The notes below the pieces were generated by a model. The model was not told the DNA's origin, did not search any database, and saw nothing but the letters and a program-made list of their open reading frames with translations. A stretch of 57,504 nucleotides of DNA from Saprolegnia diclina VS20 (taxonomy: Eukaryota): contig NW_008246170.1 in assembly GCF_000281045.1 (NCBI RefSeq), positions 91,221 to 148,724 on the forward strand, read 5' to 3'. Positions 32,420 to 44,474 of the stretch are shown here, piece by piece. The position numbers and the translations under genes are program-made. How positions within the stretch are numbered: position 1 is the first letter of the stretch; each line of letters starts with the position of its first letter.

Positions 32420-34882
32420 CTAGATGTGGAACCCAAACTTCTTGGCTTCAGCGTCAGATGGCTCACCTTGGTGCACCTTGGACTTGGCCACGCCCACCTC
32501 GACCACGTCGGCGTCGTCGCGCGTCTGGAGCTCCATGTAGTCGGGCTTGATCGGCTCCGACTCGTCGAGGGCCGGCTGGATGAACGCTCCAGACATGTCC
32601 ACCTGCGGGCGGTTGGCGCGGGCCTTGTCGAGGCGGGCGCACGACAGCAGTGGCAGGTTGAGCGCCGGGCGCGGGTACAGCTGCTGCACGTAGATATGAT
32701 ACAGCACCGACGTGAACGGAAGGACGGTCGCGGCGACGATCGGGCCGGGGCTGACCTTGAGCGTCATGAGCCCGAGGAACGTGATTTGCGCGAGGACGAC
32801 GGCGCCCACGAGGAACGTGTGCAGCTGCGGCCAGTACGCGCCATTCGAGTGCGGCGACGGCGAGTAGACGTACAGCACCTGCCGGCGGTACACGAGCTCC
32901 GCGAGGCCAAAGTAGAGCAGGGCAAAGTACGAGAGAAGCGGCGCGATGGCGCTAAAGGTCACCGTCAGGAGGATGCCGAGGAGGTAGTCGGCAACCGCGC
33001 CGCCGCCGTCAAAGTCGCCGGCGATCGTGACGGGCACGAGCCCGAAGAACGGACTTGCGCGCTCGCGGGCCGTGAGTTTGGGCGCAAACGTGTTGTAGAC
33101 AAAGCCGAGGATCCACGGCATGACGCGGAGCAGCTCCAAGCTCAGGTCGAGGCCCGTCTTGACGATGAGGTACGACATGAAGAGCGTCGACTGCGCCGGA
33201 ATCGTCGAGCCGAGGAGCGACACGAGGAGGCTTGGGTCCTTGAGCACAAGCGTGACGCTCGAGACGAGCGAGCCCGCAATCACCGACACAAAGAACGTCT
33301 GGAACATCTGAAAGTACACGAGCTTGGCGAATGTCGAGGCGCGGACGAGCGCGCCGGACGGATGGCCTTCGCGCTTGGACATGATCGTCATGATGATGGG
33401 TGCGAGCGCGCCCATGACGGCAAGACCGATGGGCGAGAGCTGCTTGAAAAACTCTGTGAGCCACGGGTGCTTGGTGAGGAGGTCCTTGATCGACGGGTAC
33501 TTCTCCTCGAGCGTCTCGATCGTCGAGAACGCCACGACAATCGTGGTCGGGATCGTCCAAAACAAGATAATGGCCGTCGAAATCACCTAAACAGCATTGA
33601 AATTGCGTGAAAAATAGGACAAATACCGTCGAAATGAAGCGCCACGAGTCCTTCTCCTGGCGCGTGCGACCAATGTTCTCCCAGCAAATGTCGTCCGGGA
33701 ACGGCGCGGCCGCGACTTCCATCTCAAAGATCTTCTCCGTCTGCAGCATCTGCTGGCACGTCTGCGCGGTTTGGAGCGACCGAAAGGTCACAAACGCAGA
33801 CCGACGCATGATCGACTTTTCAACGGCCTTGGCGTTCTTGGCCGGCGCGTCCTGGGCGACGGCGAACGCCGCCTTCTCGTAGCCCTCGACGAGGAGCTTG
33901 TCGCGCACCTCGTGCTGCGCATCCAGAATCTTCGTGTACTCTTCCTTGACCGCCATGTTGAGCGTCGCGAGCTGCTCCGTAAAGTAGTCGATCGCGTCGA
34001 CCGACTGCATCGGCGCCTTCTTGATCGAGAGGTCCTTCACACGGTACGTTGGCCGCTCACCCGTCTTGGCGGAGAGCGCCATGTAGTGCTCGAGGTCGTT
34101 CCGCGCCTTGACGCGCTTCGCGACGAGGCTCTCGAGGTCGCCGCACTCGACCGCGACCGAGACCGCGAGCACATCGTCCGGGAAGAGGTAGTCCATGTAG
34201 TATTTGAGCGTCTCGTTGGTGCGCAGGCTCGGCGGCAGGTCGTGGATGACCACCTACATCATGGCTCAGTGTCGAGAAAGAAGATGGAGGGATGTACCGT
34301 GTACTGCTGCGGGTCGTCGCGGCTGAGGTACTCGTGGCGACGCATGATATAGTATCGGTACTCGGCCGAGAAGAGGTAGAGCGCGTAGAACGACATGGCG
34401 TACATGGCCACGATGCTCGCCCAGAGCCGCGCCTCGCCCTTGTCCAAGTTGGACATGGTGATGCGCTCGAGCACGTCAATATCGGTGCGGTTGCCACGCG
34501 GGAACTCGGCGGGGTTCGTCCCCGTGGCGTAGACGGGGAAGAGCATCGCGCTGAGAAAGATGCCAAAGGCTGCGAGCTTCCGGCCCATGGCCAGCACGCG
34601 CAGAAAGATGAGCGTGTCGAGGCCGCAAAACTCCATAATGTCGTCGTCGCCCGTGCGCCACGCGGGTAGGATCCAGCCAAAGAGCGTCATCGAGTCGGGC
34701 ACGGGCGACGCCGTCTCGAGGCTCTGGTTGCGGCAGGCGTACACGTGCTGCAGCCGGCGCTGGAGGTTGAGGAAGACCATCCAGGCAATGGCGGCGATGA
34801 CAAAGTAGAGGCTCATGGACGTCTGCAGCGTCGCCGACGGGTGGATGTCGGGCGCCGGCGCGCTCGTGTTGAGCTCGGCCAT
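32420..34882 (-). CDS. OSCA/TMEM63/CSC1 channel, copy 3 (2 introns)
   Basis: CGLDTLIFLRVL, QQYT|VVIHDLP, SAFVTF, APFPDDICWENI, SNGAYWP. Confidence 0.9.
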
Positions 34883-36224
34883 GCTGATCCTGCTTGCTGC
34901 TAAACGGCGATTGGCACCGAATCGGGATCTCGCCAACGGTAATTACAACAGAATCCGGATCCATCCGGATAATCCCCGCGGCCGTGAGTATCGCTTCCGC
35001 CGCAGCATCTGCCGGCCTGTCGCGGTCGCTGGCTCTGGCTTCGATGCTGCATCGCTCGCGTCTCCTACTCCTTGCGGTGCACTGGGCTCGAAGGTAGCTT
35101 ATTGGGGCGTCTTCCAGTTCTTAGTTCATGCATGGGCAGCTCGTACACGGTACGAACGCGGCTGATAACGTCGCCAGCACGGAAAAGAGTGTCGAGAAGA
35201 GTTGTCGGTGGCAGCAGCAGCTTGTGCCATCTTTCTCGCAGTGTCCCATGGCTCGCATAGCTGCTGCTTGCAGTGCTCTCGAAGGCGTGCACTCGGTGTG
35301 TCAGCTTCAGGTACAGAGCAATGGACGGAAGACACGCGTTCGAAAGTACTAGTAGCTACTTGTCGACGTCGGCGCGTGCGCTTAGAGCCGTCCGTTCAGC
35401 AACGTCCAAGTCCTTCTGTCCACCGCATGGCGCGACTGCCGTAGCGTCGCATGACAGTGTGATCCGCGTGGAGTCATCCCGCATGCGAGGTGGTTGGACG
35501 AGCGAATTCACTCCTTTTTTCACGCGGAAGCGCGATTCGGTTGATGCTGATGCTCGTCTCTCGTAGCTAGGATGCATAAAGGCTTGCATAGGCCATATTG
35601 GAGATGGTTGGTGACGAGCTCGTCTACTGCTACCAAGCAGCTCTTGGCGCTCTCTGAGCCTCAACAGGCAACGCGCCAGCGCCACTGCAAGTCTTTAGCA
35701 CAGCTACGCTATCGGTGCAGGCCAGGCTTGAACAGAACAGTGAGGAAATGACTGCAGCGACGTTCGTTGAGGTTCTCTGCATCTGTGCCCTCGAGTGGCC
35801 AGTGGTCCTGGCTTTCCCATCACTGCAACGACTGAACCGAAAAGATGCCAGAGGTTCCGGTATGCTCGCCGCGGCAACTCCCTTGCACGTTTAGTTAGTT
35901 AGTTGCTGCAGGGCTCTTCACACACACACTGTAAGAAGGTAAAAAGATGCTGCGAGGCACCTCTCAAGGGTTCAGTCGGAGAGGATCGGCGGTACTTGGT
36001 CGGAGTTCAAGCTGCCTTTCTCAGCCGCGTTTATACTACCATTTGGCTACCACATACAAAAATCCTGTCAATGTTGTCGCCAGCGTCATTTTAATACGAG
36101 GTAACCGTATTTGATTCCATCTCCATACCAAATACAAGTGATAGAAAAAAGAATCAAAATAAATTGGTTTAAAATAGCTCCTACCAGTGAATCGGTCATT
36201 TGGCGCTTGCCGGGCTGACCGACC

Positions 36225-37557
36225 ATGTCCCTCGGCAACATGGACGCGTTCCTCTTCGAAGACGGCTGCATGGACGACAGCCTCGCGCTCGGGCTCATCA
36301 AGGACGACGACCTCGACCGCGTCTTCCTCGACGCCAAGGACGTCCTCGACCTCCCGCCCGCGACCAAGCGCAAGATCGACGAGACCGAGCCCGACAAGGA
36401 GACGGCGCGGAAGAACGCCAAGCGCGAGGCCTACAAGAAGCACATCCGCAAGCGCCAGAACGAGCACGCGGACCTCAAGCAGCAGGTCCAGGAGCTCGAG
36501 GACCAGCTCCAGTTCCTCTCCAACATGAAGGCCATTGACGCTACGTTTGCCTCCAACTGGGAGAACATTGCGCGGGACCTCGCGTCGCACCGCCAAGAGT
36601 CGGCCGCCGAGAACGAAAAGCTGCGGCAAAAGGTCGCCGAGCAGAGCGAGTTCATCGAGACGCTCCAGACGCTCCTCGCCAAGCGCCCGCGCCTCGCCGT
36701 ACGCGCCTGCCATATGCTCAACCTGATGCTCATGCAACCCATTGTAGGTGTTTGAGAACGACGAGTGGAAGGCCCTCCGGCTCGTGGCCGACCCGTCCAA
36801 GCGCATCCATGGCATGAACGCACTCCTGCACCGCCAGCGCCAGATGCTCACCGGCGTCTTCCTCCAGTGCGGCCTCCTCGAGCCGCACGACGACGACGTC
36901 CACAAGGTCAACGTGTGCTCGGACATCACCAAGATGCTCATCAGCGAGAGCGTCCGCTTTGTGCGCATGAACGTCCCGTACCCGGTCCTCGCCGAGGCGG
37001 CGTGGAACGTGTCGCTGGGGCGCGAGATCACGGAGAAGTGGGGCGACAACTACAAGATCTTGGAGACCATTGACGCCAACACGGTCTACGTCGAGTATGT
37101 GCCCCGCAACGGCGTCGCGGACGCGTCCGGCGTGCTCTGCGCGCGGTACCTCTACCGGCGCTACTACGAGGACAACCGGGTCGTCATTGTGTGGAAGTCC
37201 ATTTTGGAAGACGAGTGCTACCCCCTCGACGAGAGCGTCATGCGCGTCCACCAGAGCGGCTGGATGGTCATCGAGGGCGACGTCAAGAACCCGACCCAGT
37301 CCCTCTACAAGCTCTTTGTGCAGCGCCACTCGCCGACGCGCGCGGGCAAGCTCATCCACCTCACGGACGTCTTCCAGTTCATCATGCCCAACATCTCGCT
37401 CGAGAAGCGCACGACGACTTACGTCACGGACTTTATCGTGCAGTCGTTCCGCGGCGTCGAGGTCGCCTTTGAGAAGGCGATCGACGTGGCCGTGCGCAAG
37501 CTCACATACCACCACCGCCACGACTTTATGCTCACGCAGGCCGAAATGTCGCTGTGA
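36225..37557 (+). CDS. bZIP-like + START-like (M96-family-like) protein, copy 1; intron 36699-36747
   Basis: Basic region RKNAKREAYKKHIRKRQ followed by heptad leucines LKQQVQELEDQLQFL; C-terminal domain with RRYYEDNRVVIVWKSILEDE..SGWMVIE typical of oomycete START-like proteins. Family assignment is by recognition. Confidence 0.7.
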
Positions 37558-37838
37558 AAACGTCCTGTCCCCTGTTTTGTAAAGTAGTTTAATGTATGGC
37601 CTGCAATTTTGAAGTTGTGGACATTGACACGGTGTCCGTAGTGGACCTCGTCGCTTCAGGAGCGTGATGCACCAGGGGTTAGGGCCTCTCTTTGGTTCTA
37701 CCCCAACCCTAGAACTCATCCGTATTAGTTTGCCTTTTCGTAAAATATGCGTCCACTGTTGACGGCTGCTAGAAGTTCCCACCTGGTATACAAAATCCAT
37801 TTAGAGATTAAAAACGCTGTGACAGACCCAGCTGTCAA

Positions 37839-38396
37839 CTAGGCAATGACCGCAAACATTGTCATAGCGGCCGCCGTCAGGGCGACACCTGAGACAGTGG
37901 CGCTGCTGGGCTTAGAGGGAGCCGGCGTCATCACCGAGTCCGACGTGTTCTTCGACGTGCCGTTGCCGGGCGCCGTCGTGATGGTCGCGTTGCCACCGCT
38001 CGTCGAATTGCCCGTAGCAGCACCCGGCACGAGAGGGCTACCGGCCAGCGCCTTGATGAAGGCGGGAATGCCCTCGGCTACCGGCACGCTCGTGAACGTA
38101 GAGCTTTCAATGCCGCCGACGGTGCAGGCCGGGGAAATCGCGGTGACGGTCTTCTGCATGGACGAGTAAAGGTCCTTGCACGTCTGGGTGGTCTCCAGCT
38201 TTTGGATCTGCGCAGTGGTCGGTGGCGTCCCAGTCGCCAGCAGCATGACGTCGTAGCCCGAGGCGTCCTTGCAGGCAGGAATTTGGGCGGCGAGGGGGGC
38301 CAAGGTGCCAAAAAGCGTTGGGAGAGCGCAGGGCGACGAGGCCGCCGAGGCCGAGGCCGAGGCAGCGAATGCGAGGAGGAGAGCGGATGCCTTCAT
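37839..38396 (-). CDS. Elicitin-like secreted/GPI-anchored protein, copy 1
   Basis: Signal peptide; C..CKDASGY..PT.AQ..C..C pattern; S/T-rich stalk with N-glycosylation sites; hydrophobic C-terminal tail. Confidence 0.75.
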   Translation of the reverse strand: MKASALLLAFAASASASAASSPCALPTLFGTLAPLAAQIPACKDASGYDVMLLATGTPPTTAQIQKLETTQTCKDLYSSMQKTVTAISPACTVGGIESSTFTSVPVAEGIPAFIKALAGSPLVPGAATGNSTSGGNATITTAPGNGTSKNTSDSVMTPAPSKPSSATVSGVALTAAAMTMFAVIA

Positions 38397-39343
38397 GTTG
38401 TGGATAGGTAGTGTGGATCGCAGTAAGTGTGAAAGTGATTCGAGCAGAAGGATGCTTGGTGCACACCGTCCTCGAGCGTTTCAGACAGGTCGTCTTCGAA
38501 CTGCGTTCGTCCTCTGGTCGTCACCTGACAACATGCGCTCTTTAGTTATTCGACAGCAATGTGTCTTGCTCACAGTCCAATACTCTCCCTCCAACGAGGT
38601 TCTCGGCTGCATTGGTGGGCGTGTTGGAACATGGGTCGGAACTCCATATAACATTCACATCCTCAAGTGTCGCTCAGGATATCTTGGTCTATTGCTTGTG
38701 CGGTCTCCGAGGACGCAGCTTCCGATGGAAGGACGCACTAGATCCACAGAAGAAGGGATGGCGATGACGCCGAACATTACAGTAGTACAGCCACAGGTAT
38801 CAAGCTTATTCACTGCACTTGGACATATAAATTGTGGGATTCTCCTGTGGTCTGGAAATGCTCGACAGATTCCTAGTCAAGCCTCAGCGCCACGAAGGGC
38901 TTCAAGCCAAAAACATATGGGTAAAGATACTCCCTGACAAGATGCAACCCGGATGCGGAATCGATGATTCGGTCCTGGGAACAGGGCCTTGGCTCTCGGA
39001 CGGACATTGCACGTTCAGGTCTCTGGCGTACTTCTCGGTGGGAAATGGAGAAACTGTAGTCTAGCCTGCGAATCACACACTTGTTAGTCTGGAACGCCAT
39101 TTCGACACTTTTTTGGCATTGCAGCTGCACTTGTGCTGAGACCTCAAAGCCCGTTAGACCAGCTCCAAGGAAACCGACAAGAAGAAACCCGCTTCACCCA
39201 TGCGCTTCGCATTTCGGTAGAGACTCGTTCGACTGCTGTTGGGTCGTTCTTGTGAAACAGGCTGTCGAGAGGCAGAGGCGAGGTTTTCTTCAACTTGGTA
39301 AAGGCTCGTGTCAGCAGATCTGGCTCGTCAGACTACCCTCTTC

Positions 39344-39358
39344 CTCATTCTACAACTT
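39344..39358 (+). promoter_or_regulatory. Oomycete Inr/FPR-like core promoter of elicitin-like copy 2
   Basis: CTCATTCTACAACTT, 30 bp upstream of the ATG. Confidence 0.6.
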
Positions 39359-39388
39359 CCATTGTCAACAACAACCAACTCCACCAGC

Positions 39389-39952
39389 ATGAAGACGTCG
39401 GCCATCATCCTCGCCATCGCTGCATCGGCCTCGGCTGCCTCGGAGCCTTGCGCGATCCCGTCCCTCTTGGCCACGCTTATGCCTCTCCAATCTCAAATCC
39501 CGGCCTGCACGGAGGCTTCGAGCTACAACCTCATGCAGCTTGCGACGGGCACGGCTCCGACGGCCGACCAAGTGCAAAAACTCGCCAGCTCGCAAGGCTG
39601 CAAGGATGTGTACGCTGCCTTGCAGAAGACGGTCGCCGCGATCGCCCCGCCGTGCTTGATCGGTGGTGTCGAGACCACGACGTTCACCACTGTCGCGATG
39701 AGTGACGGTATCGCCGCCTTGCTCAAGGCCCTCAGCGGTAGCCCAACGGCGCCGGGTGCGTCCACAGCTGCTCCCTCGGGAAACTCAACGAGCTCGGCCA
39801 ACTCGACCATCACGGCGGCGCCTGGCAACGGCACGTCCAAAAACTTGTCCAACTCTGTGACAACGCCGGCCCCGACGAAGCCCAGCAGCGCGACTGCGAC
39901 AGGTGTCGCTCTTACGGCGGCCGCCGTCACTATGCTTGCGGCCATGGCCTAG
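39389..39952 (+). CDS. Elicitin-like secreted/GPI-anchored protein, copy 2
   Basis: Paralog of 37839-38396 (QIPAC, LATGT.PT, APGNGTSKN, GVALTAAA); signal peptide and hydrophobic tail. Confidence 0.75.
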   Translation: MKTSAIILAIAASASAASEPCAIPSLLATLMPLQSQIPACTEASSYNLMQLATGTAPTADQVQKLASSQGCKDVYAALQKTVAAIAPPCLIGGVETTTFTTVAMSDGIAALLKALSGSPTAPGASTAAPSGNSTSSANSTITAAPGNGTSKNLSNSVTTPAPTKPSSATATGVALTAAAVTMLAAMA

Positions 39953-40939
39953 TTGTGAGCTAGAGTCTCCTCGTAACTGCGTTGATTGAAATTCATTTGC
40001 ACATAACTCTAGTTCGATTAGCGGAATACGAAATGAACTGCCCATCACCCAGTTATCGGTTAGCAAGGTAGTCATCATCTCGAATTGCCTTCCAATTTTA
40101 AGTTCAGGGTTGTTGCCGCTCAAGGTTTCAATTGCGTCTAACGAGAACTCTTGGCAACGATAGCGACGTTGCCGAACGAATCCTCCTGGTGGGCAACTCG
40201 GCGTTTCGTACTGACTGATACGGAGCCGCAATTCGAGCAACATAGCCGGCTCCACTTCGCCCGGCTCGAAAAACGGAGCTGATCATTACGGCTCCAGCCG
40301 CTCAGCCGAGCCACGTGCTGGCAAGGGCCAATATCCCTTACTGACGAACCAGGAAACAAGACACGAGAGACGCTGCCTGGTTTGGATGCGAGCAGCGACG
40401 TCGTCACCATTGCACCAGAATCATCTCGCCTTCCTCGTTCTTCTCAACGCCTCGTCGCAGCGTTGGGCTATCAAACACAGCACGCAACTGCCTGTCGTCG
40501 CTCAATGGATCAAATGCATGCATGACCTTCCATTTGGCAAGAAGGGATTAGATGCATGAAGAGGCCATCGACGACGAGGAGCTTTGCGGAGCCACTGCCG
40601 TGGTGCCGCCCAAGCCACGAGGAAGATCGGGCGCCGTTCGTGGTGATATGATTGCTCAAACAAGAACTCTTTGTCGACGCCTTTTCTGCCCCCAGTTGAT
40701 CGTCAAGAGCCGACGCCGTGCCCATAGCAGCATGAAGAGTAGCTGCTCGTCTTGTGCACAGAATGGTCCTATTGGTTAGCCAAATACGAGAGAAGTACCG
40801 ACGTTGCACGCGCCGTGTTGCGGGCCGCGGGCCAGTTTTGATGACAAATCGGCGGCCGTGCCATTTGGCATCATTCGAAATGAAGCGATTTGATTGGCCG
40901 CAGCCTCGGCAGGCAACAAATTGCTGAGTCAATTCCACG

Positions 40940-42006
40940 ATGGAGCCGGGAAAGGACAACAACAGCAACAGCGCGCAGGAAGAGGCCGCGCTCGAAGCCC
41001 ACCTGCAGCTGCTCTCCGACATGAAGGCCGTCGACACCTCGTTCGCGCTCAACTGGGCGTCCGTCCTCTGCGGCAAGCGCAGCGCTGACGCCATGGTCGC
41101 CGACGACCACGACTTTATCGCCGAGGTCCAGGACCTCCTCGCCAAGCGCCCGCGCCTCGCCGTACGCCGCCGCCTCCTACCTGCTGCACTCACGCGCCAT
41201 GCATGTAGGTGTTTGACAACGACGAGTGGAAGACGCTGCTGCTCGTGGCCGACCCGGCGAAGCGACTACACGGCATGAACGCACTCATCGACCGGCAGTT
41301 CAGGCTCCTCACGGGCGTCTACCTCCAGTGCGGGCTCCTCGAGATGCACGCGGGCGATGTCCACCGACTCAACGTCTGCTCGTCCATGGAGAACAAAAAC
41401 CTCCTCGGCGAAAGCGTCCGCTTTGCGCGCAAGTCGGTGCCCCACCACATCTTGGCCGAGGCCGCGTGGAACGTCTCGCTCGGCAAGGGCATCACGGAGA
41501 AGTGGTGCAAGAACTACAAGACGCTCCAAGTCCTCGACGCCAACACGGTCTACGTCGAGTACGTCCCCAAGCACGTCCTCGCCGACGTATCGGGGACGGT
41601 CGCCGCGCGGTACCTCTACCGGCGCTACATTGAGCCGAGTCGCGTCGTCATTGTGTGGAAGTCGGTCCTTGAAGACGAGCTTCTCCCGCTGGATGAGAAC
41701 GTCATGCGCGTCCACCAGAGCGGCTGGATGGTCATCGAGGCCGACGCCAAGAACCCGACCCAGTCCCTCTACAAGCTATTTATTCAGCGCCACTCGCCGA
41801 CGCGCGCGGGCAAGCTCCTCCACCTCAACGACATCTTCCAGTACATCATGCCCAACATCTCGCTCGAGCACCGGACAACCACCTTTGTCACGACGTTCAT
41901 CGAAGACTCGTTCCGGGCCGTCGAGGTTGCATTCGAAAAGGCCGTCGACGTGGCTGTCCAAAAGCAAAAGAGCCGCGTCGCGTACCTCCTCTCGGACGCC
42001 GCGTAA
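40940..42006 (+). CDS. START-like protein, N-terminally truncated paralog of 36225-37557; intron 41162-41208
   Basis: Same intron position (KRPRLA|VF) and highly similar exon 2; exon 1 lacks the basic region. Confidence 0.75.
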
Positions 42007-42019
42007 GGCTATATTAGGT

Positions 42020-42920
42020 CTAGGGTTCTAACGCACGAGGCGGCAGTGTATCTTTGATGTGTTGCTCGACGTGCGCCCGCAGCAGCGACGCGACGTGCGC
42101 CTGCAGATCAAGCTCGGGCGTCGCGGCGGCCTTGCGCGCCAGTGGCTTGGCCAACGCGAGCGTCGTCGCCGCCGTCACCGACTCGGTCCACGGCGCGTCA
42201 GCTGCGAGTGCGAGGTCGGCGATATGGCGCCAGTAGGTGAAGAGCGCAATCACATAGGCATCCGCGACGTCGTACTTGAAGGAAGAGGGGGCCTCGGGTT
42301 CGATGAGCGTCGGCTCCATCGCCAGTGCAAAGGCTAACACGATGTGCTTGATCGCGTACTTCTTTGGCTTGGTCGCTGCGTCCTTGGGCTTGGCGAGGCG
42401 GAAGAGGGCGCGCGCTGTCGTCGGGTGCACGTGCTGCGGCCGCGACTTGAAGGTCGTATAGCACGAGTACGACACGAGGCCGTTGAGCTGTGCGAGCTGG
42501 AAGAGCCCTTTGGTGTGGAACCGACCGCCCGCGTACGTCTTTAGAAAGTCTTCAATGCCAACGACCCACGGCAGCGTTCCCGAAGCGCTATGCAGCCGCT
42601 GCAGCGTCGAAGCAATGTCGACGCCAATGTCCAGGATCTGGCTCTCGCTCGAGAGGTGCTTGGTAGACACATGCCCGGCGTCGGTGAGGCGACCTGCGCC
42701 ACATGAGGCAAGCGATGGCTGCATGGGCGATCGTACCGCGCTCGTTGAGGACGACGTAGCCGGTCGTGTTGGTGTTGATGTCGAGGCCCAAGACGCGGAA
42801 CGGCTTGGCGGTGGCCACCACGGACTGCAGGCGCTCGGCTATCCCATGCTTGAGCAGCAGCGCTTGTACGACCTTCATCGCTGGTCCAAGGTCAAGTGCA
42901 GCACCCCTTTTTGTCGACAT
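42020..42920 (-). CDS. RuvC/RNase H-fold nuclease (Holliday junction resolvase-like); intron 42694-42736
   Basis: RVLGLDINTNTTGYVVL (D), VVGIED (E), LAQLNG, VHPTTAR, YDVADAYVIA (D-x2-D) follow the RuvC catalytic layout; start at 42920 or 42878. Confidence 0.75.
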
Positions 42921-43161
42921 CTTGGATAGAAACACGCCACTTGGATGTGCTTGGAGCACGCCCGCTGGGATTGTGAGCAGGCGTGCGGGCCATTCAAGAA
43001 TCGACAGGGTCTAGCACTCCTGTGTACCTACTGGAGAGGCGATATGCGTCTGCATTCCTGCTCTTGAAACAATAGTGGCGAGGGTGCCAGGAAATAGTTG
43101 TGTTCTTTTAGACTCGTTAGATGCGGGTTCGCTTTGCAGCGGTCACTTGACCAGAAATAGG

Positions 43162-44034
43162 ATGAAGTTTGTGAAGCTTGCGACCGGCGCCGAGATCCCA
43201 GCGATCGGCGTGGGCACCTACCGCCTGCGGGGCGCGGACGCCGAGCGCGTCGTCTACGACGCCGTTCGCCTGGGCTACCGCCACATTGATACGGCGGCGG
43301 TGTACCAGAATGAGACGTTTGTCGGCGCCGCGATCCGCCGCCTCATCGCCGAAGGCGTCGTCGCCCGCCACGAGCTCTTTGTGACGACCAAGGTTTCGCC
43401 GCGCTTCATGGGCTACGACAACACCAAGACGTGCGTGAGCCAGTGCCTTCGTGACTTGGGCCTCGACTATGTCGACCTCATGCTCGTGCACTGGCCAGGC
43501 ACGCAAGGCATGCGCACGGACGATCCGCGCCAGAAGGAGAACCGCATCGGCACGCTCCGTGCGCTCAAGGAAGGGTTCGAAGCGGGGCATCTCAAGGCCG
43601 TAGGCGTCTCCAACTTCAACGTTGTCCACTTTGAGGGCATCGAAGAGTACCCGGTTCACGTCAACCAGTTTGAGTTCCACCCGCTGCTGTTCACGCCCGA
43701 GACGCAGGCGCTCCTGCACTACTGCGCCACGAGAGCGATCGTGGTCGAGGCGTACACATGCCTCGGTGAGGGTACGCTCCTGAACGCAACCGAGTTCCCC
43801 GAGGTCCACGACGTCGCGCAGAGCGCCGGGTGCACGATGGCGCAGGCGCTCATCGCCTGGGCGCTGCACCACGGCTGCGTCGTCATGCCCAAGGCCAGCT
43901 CGCCCGAGCGTCTCCGCGAGAACCTCGCCGCCGCCAGCGTCGCATTGACCAAGGCCCACGTCGCGAGCTTGGACGCGATCGTCGCCCGCGTCGGCCGTCG
44001 CAAGTTTTGCTGGGAGCCCAGCACGATCGCGTAG
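43162..44034 (+). CDS. Aldo-keto reductase
   Basis: GYRHIDTAAVYQNE, LFVTTK, DYVDLMLVHWP, GVSNF, VNQFEFHP, MPKAS..RLRENL. Confidence 0.95.
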   Translation: MKFVKLATGAEIPAIGVGTYRLRGADAERVVYDAVRLGYRHIDTAAVYQNETFVGAAIRRLIAEGVVARHELFVTTKVSPRFMGYDNTKTCVSQCLRDLGLDYVDLMLVHWPGTQGMRTDDPRQKENRIGTLRALKEGFEAGHLKAVGVSNFNVVHFEGIEEYPVHVNQFEFHPLLFTPETQALLHYCATRAIVVEAYTCLGEGTLLNATEFPEVHDVAQSAGCTMAQALIAWALHHGCVVMPKASSPERLRENLAAASVALTKAHVASLDAIVARVGRRKFCWEPSTIA

Positions 44035-44474
44035 ACAGATTGATATGCAATCTACACCGTCGTCCTCTAGTCGTGCAGCTCGGTCCGTGTCTATGGGCAC
44101 GTGGATCGGACCAAGCAAGATCGCCGCTGCCATGTCCCACACCCCGTCCTGCACCTGGCGCCGGGACGGAGGACATGGGATACGAGTATCCAGTGTCTTG
44201 TGTGGGCAACGGCTGTGGGCTTCATACAAAAAGCAAATTTAGTTGCGTGCATTTAGCTATATCTGGAAACAGTGTCTCGCTCCAAACAGCTGGATGGCTT
44301 CGTCGTCGAGGGACAGGCTGCTGTTTTTATTTTATGCAATAGTAAACGCTAATTGACATTTAATTTGGAGAATAAATGATGAACCAGGAGGACCTGGCCT
44401 TAAGTGAGGGCTTTGTCGTGGGTCCCGAGAACCAGCGCTCCTCGGCAACGACTCTCCCATTCGCCCAGACGACC

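Noticed and set aside
42020..42920. Possible Fanzor/TnpB or transposase reading of the RuvC-like gene
   Set aside because: Short contiguous resolvase-type domain with no zinc finger, split RuvC layout, terminal repeats or room for a guide RNA (14 bp to the neighbouring stop).
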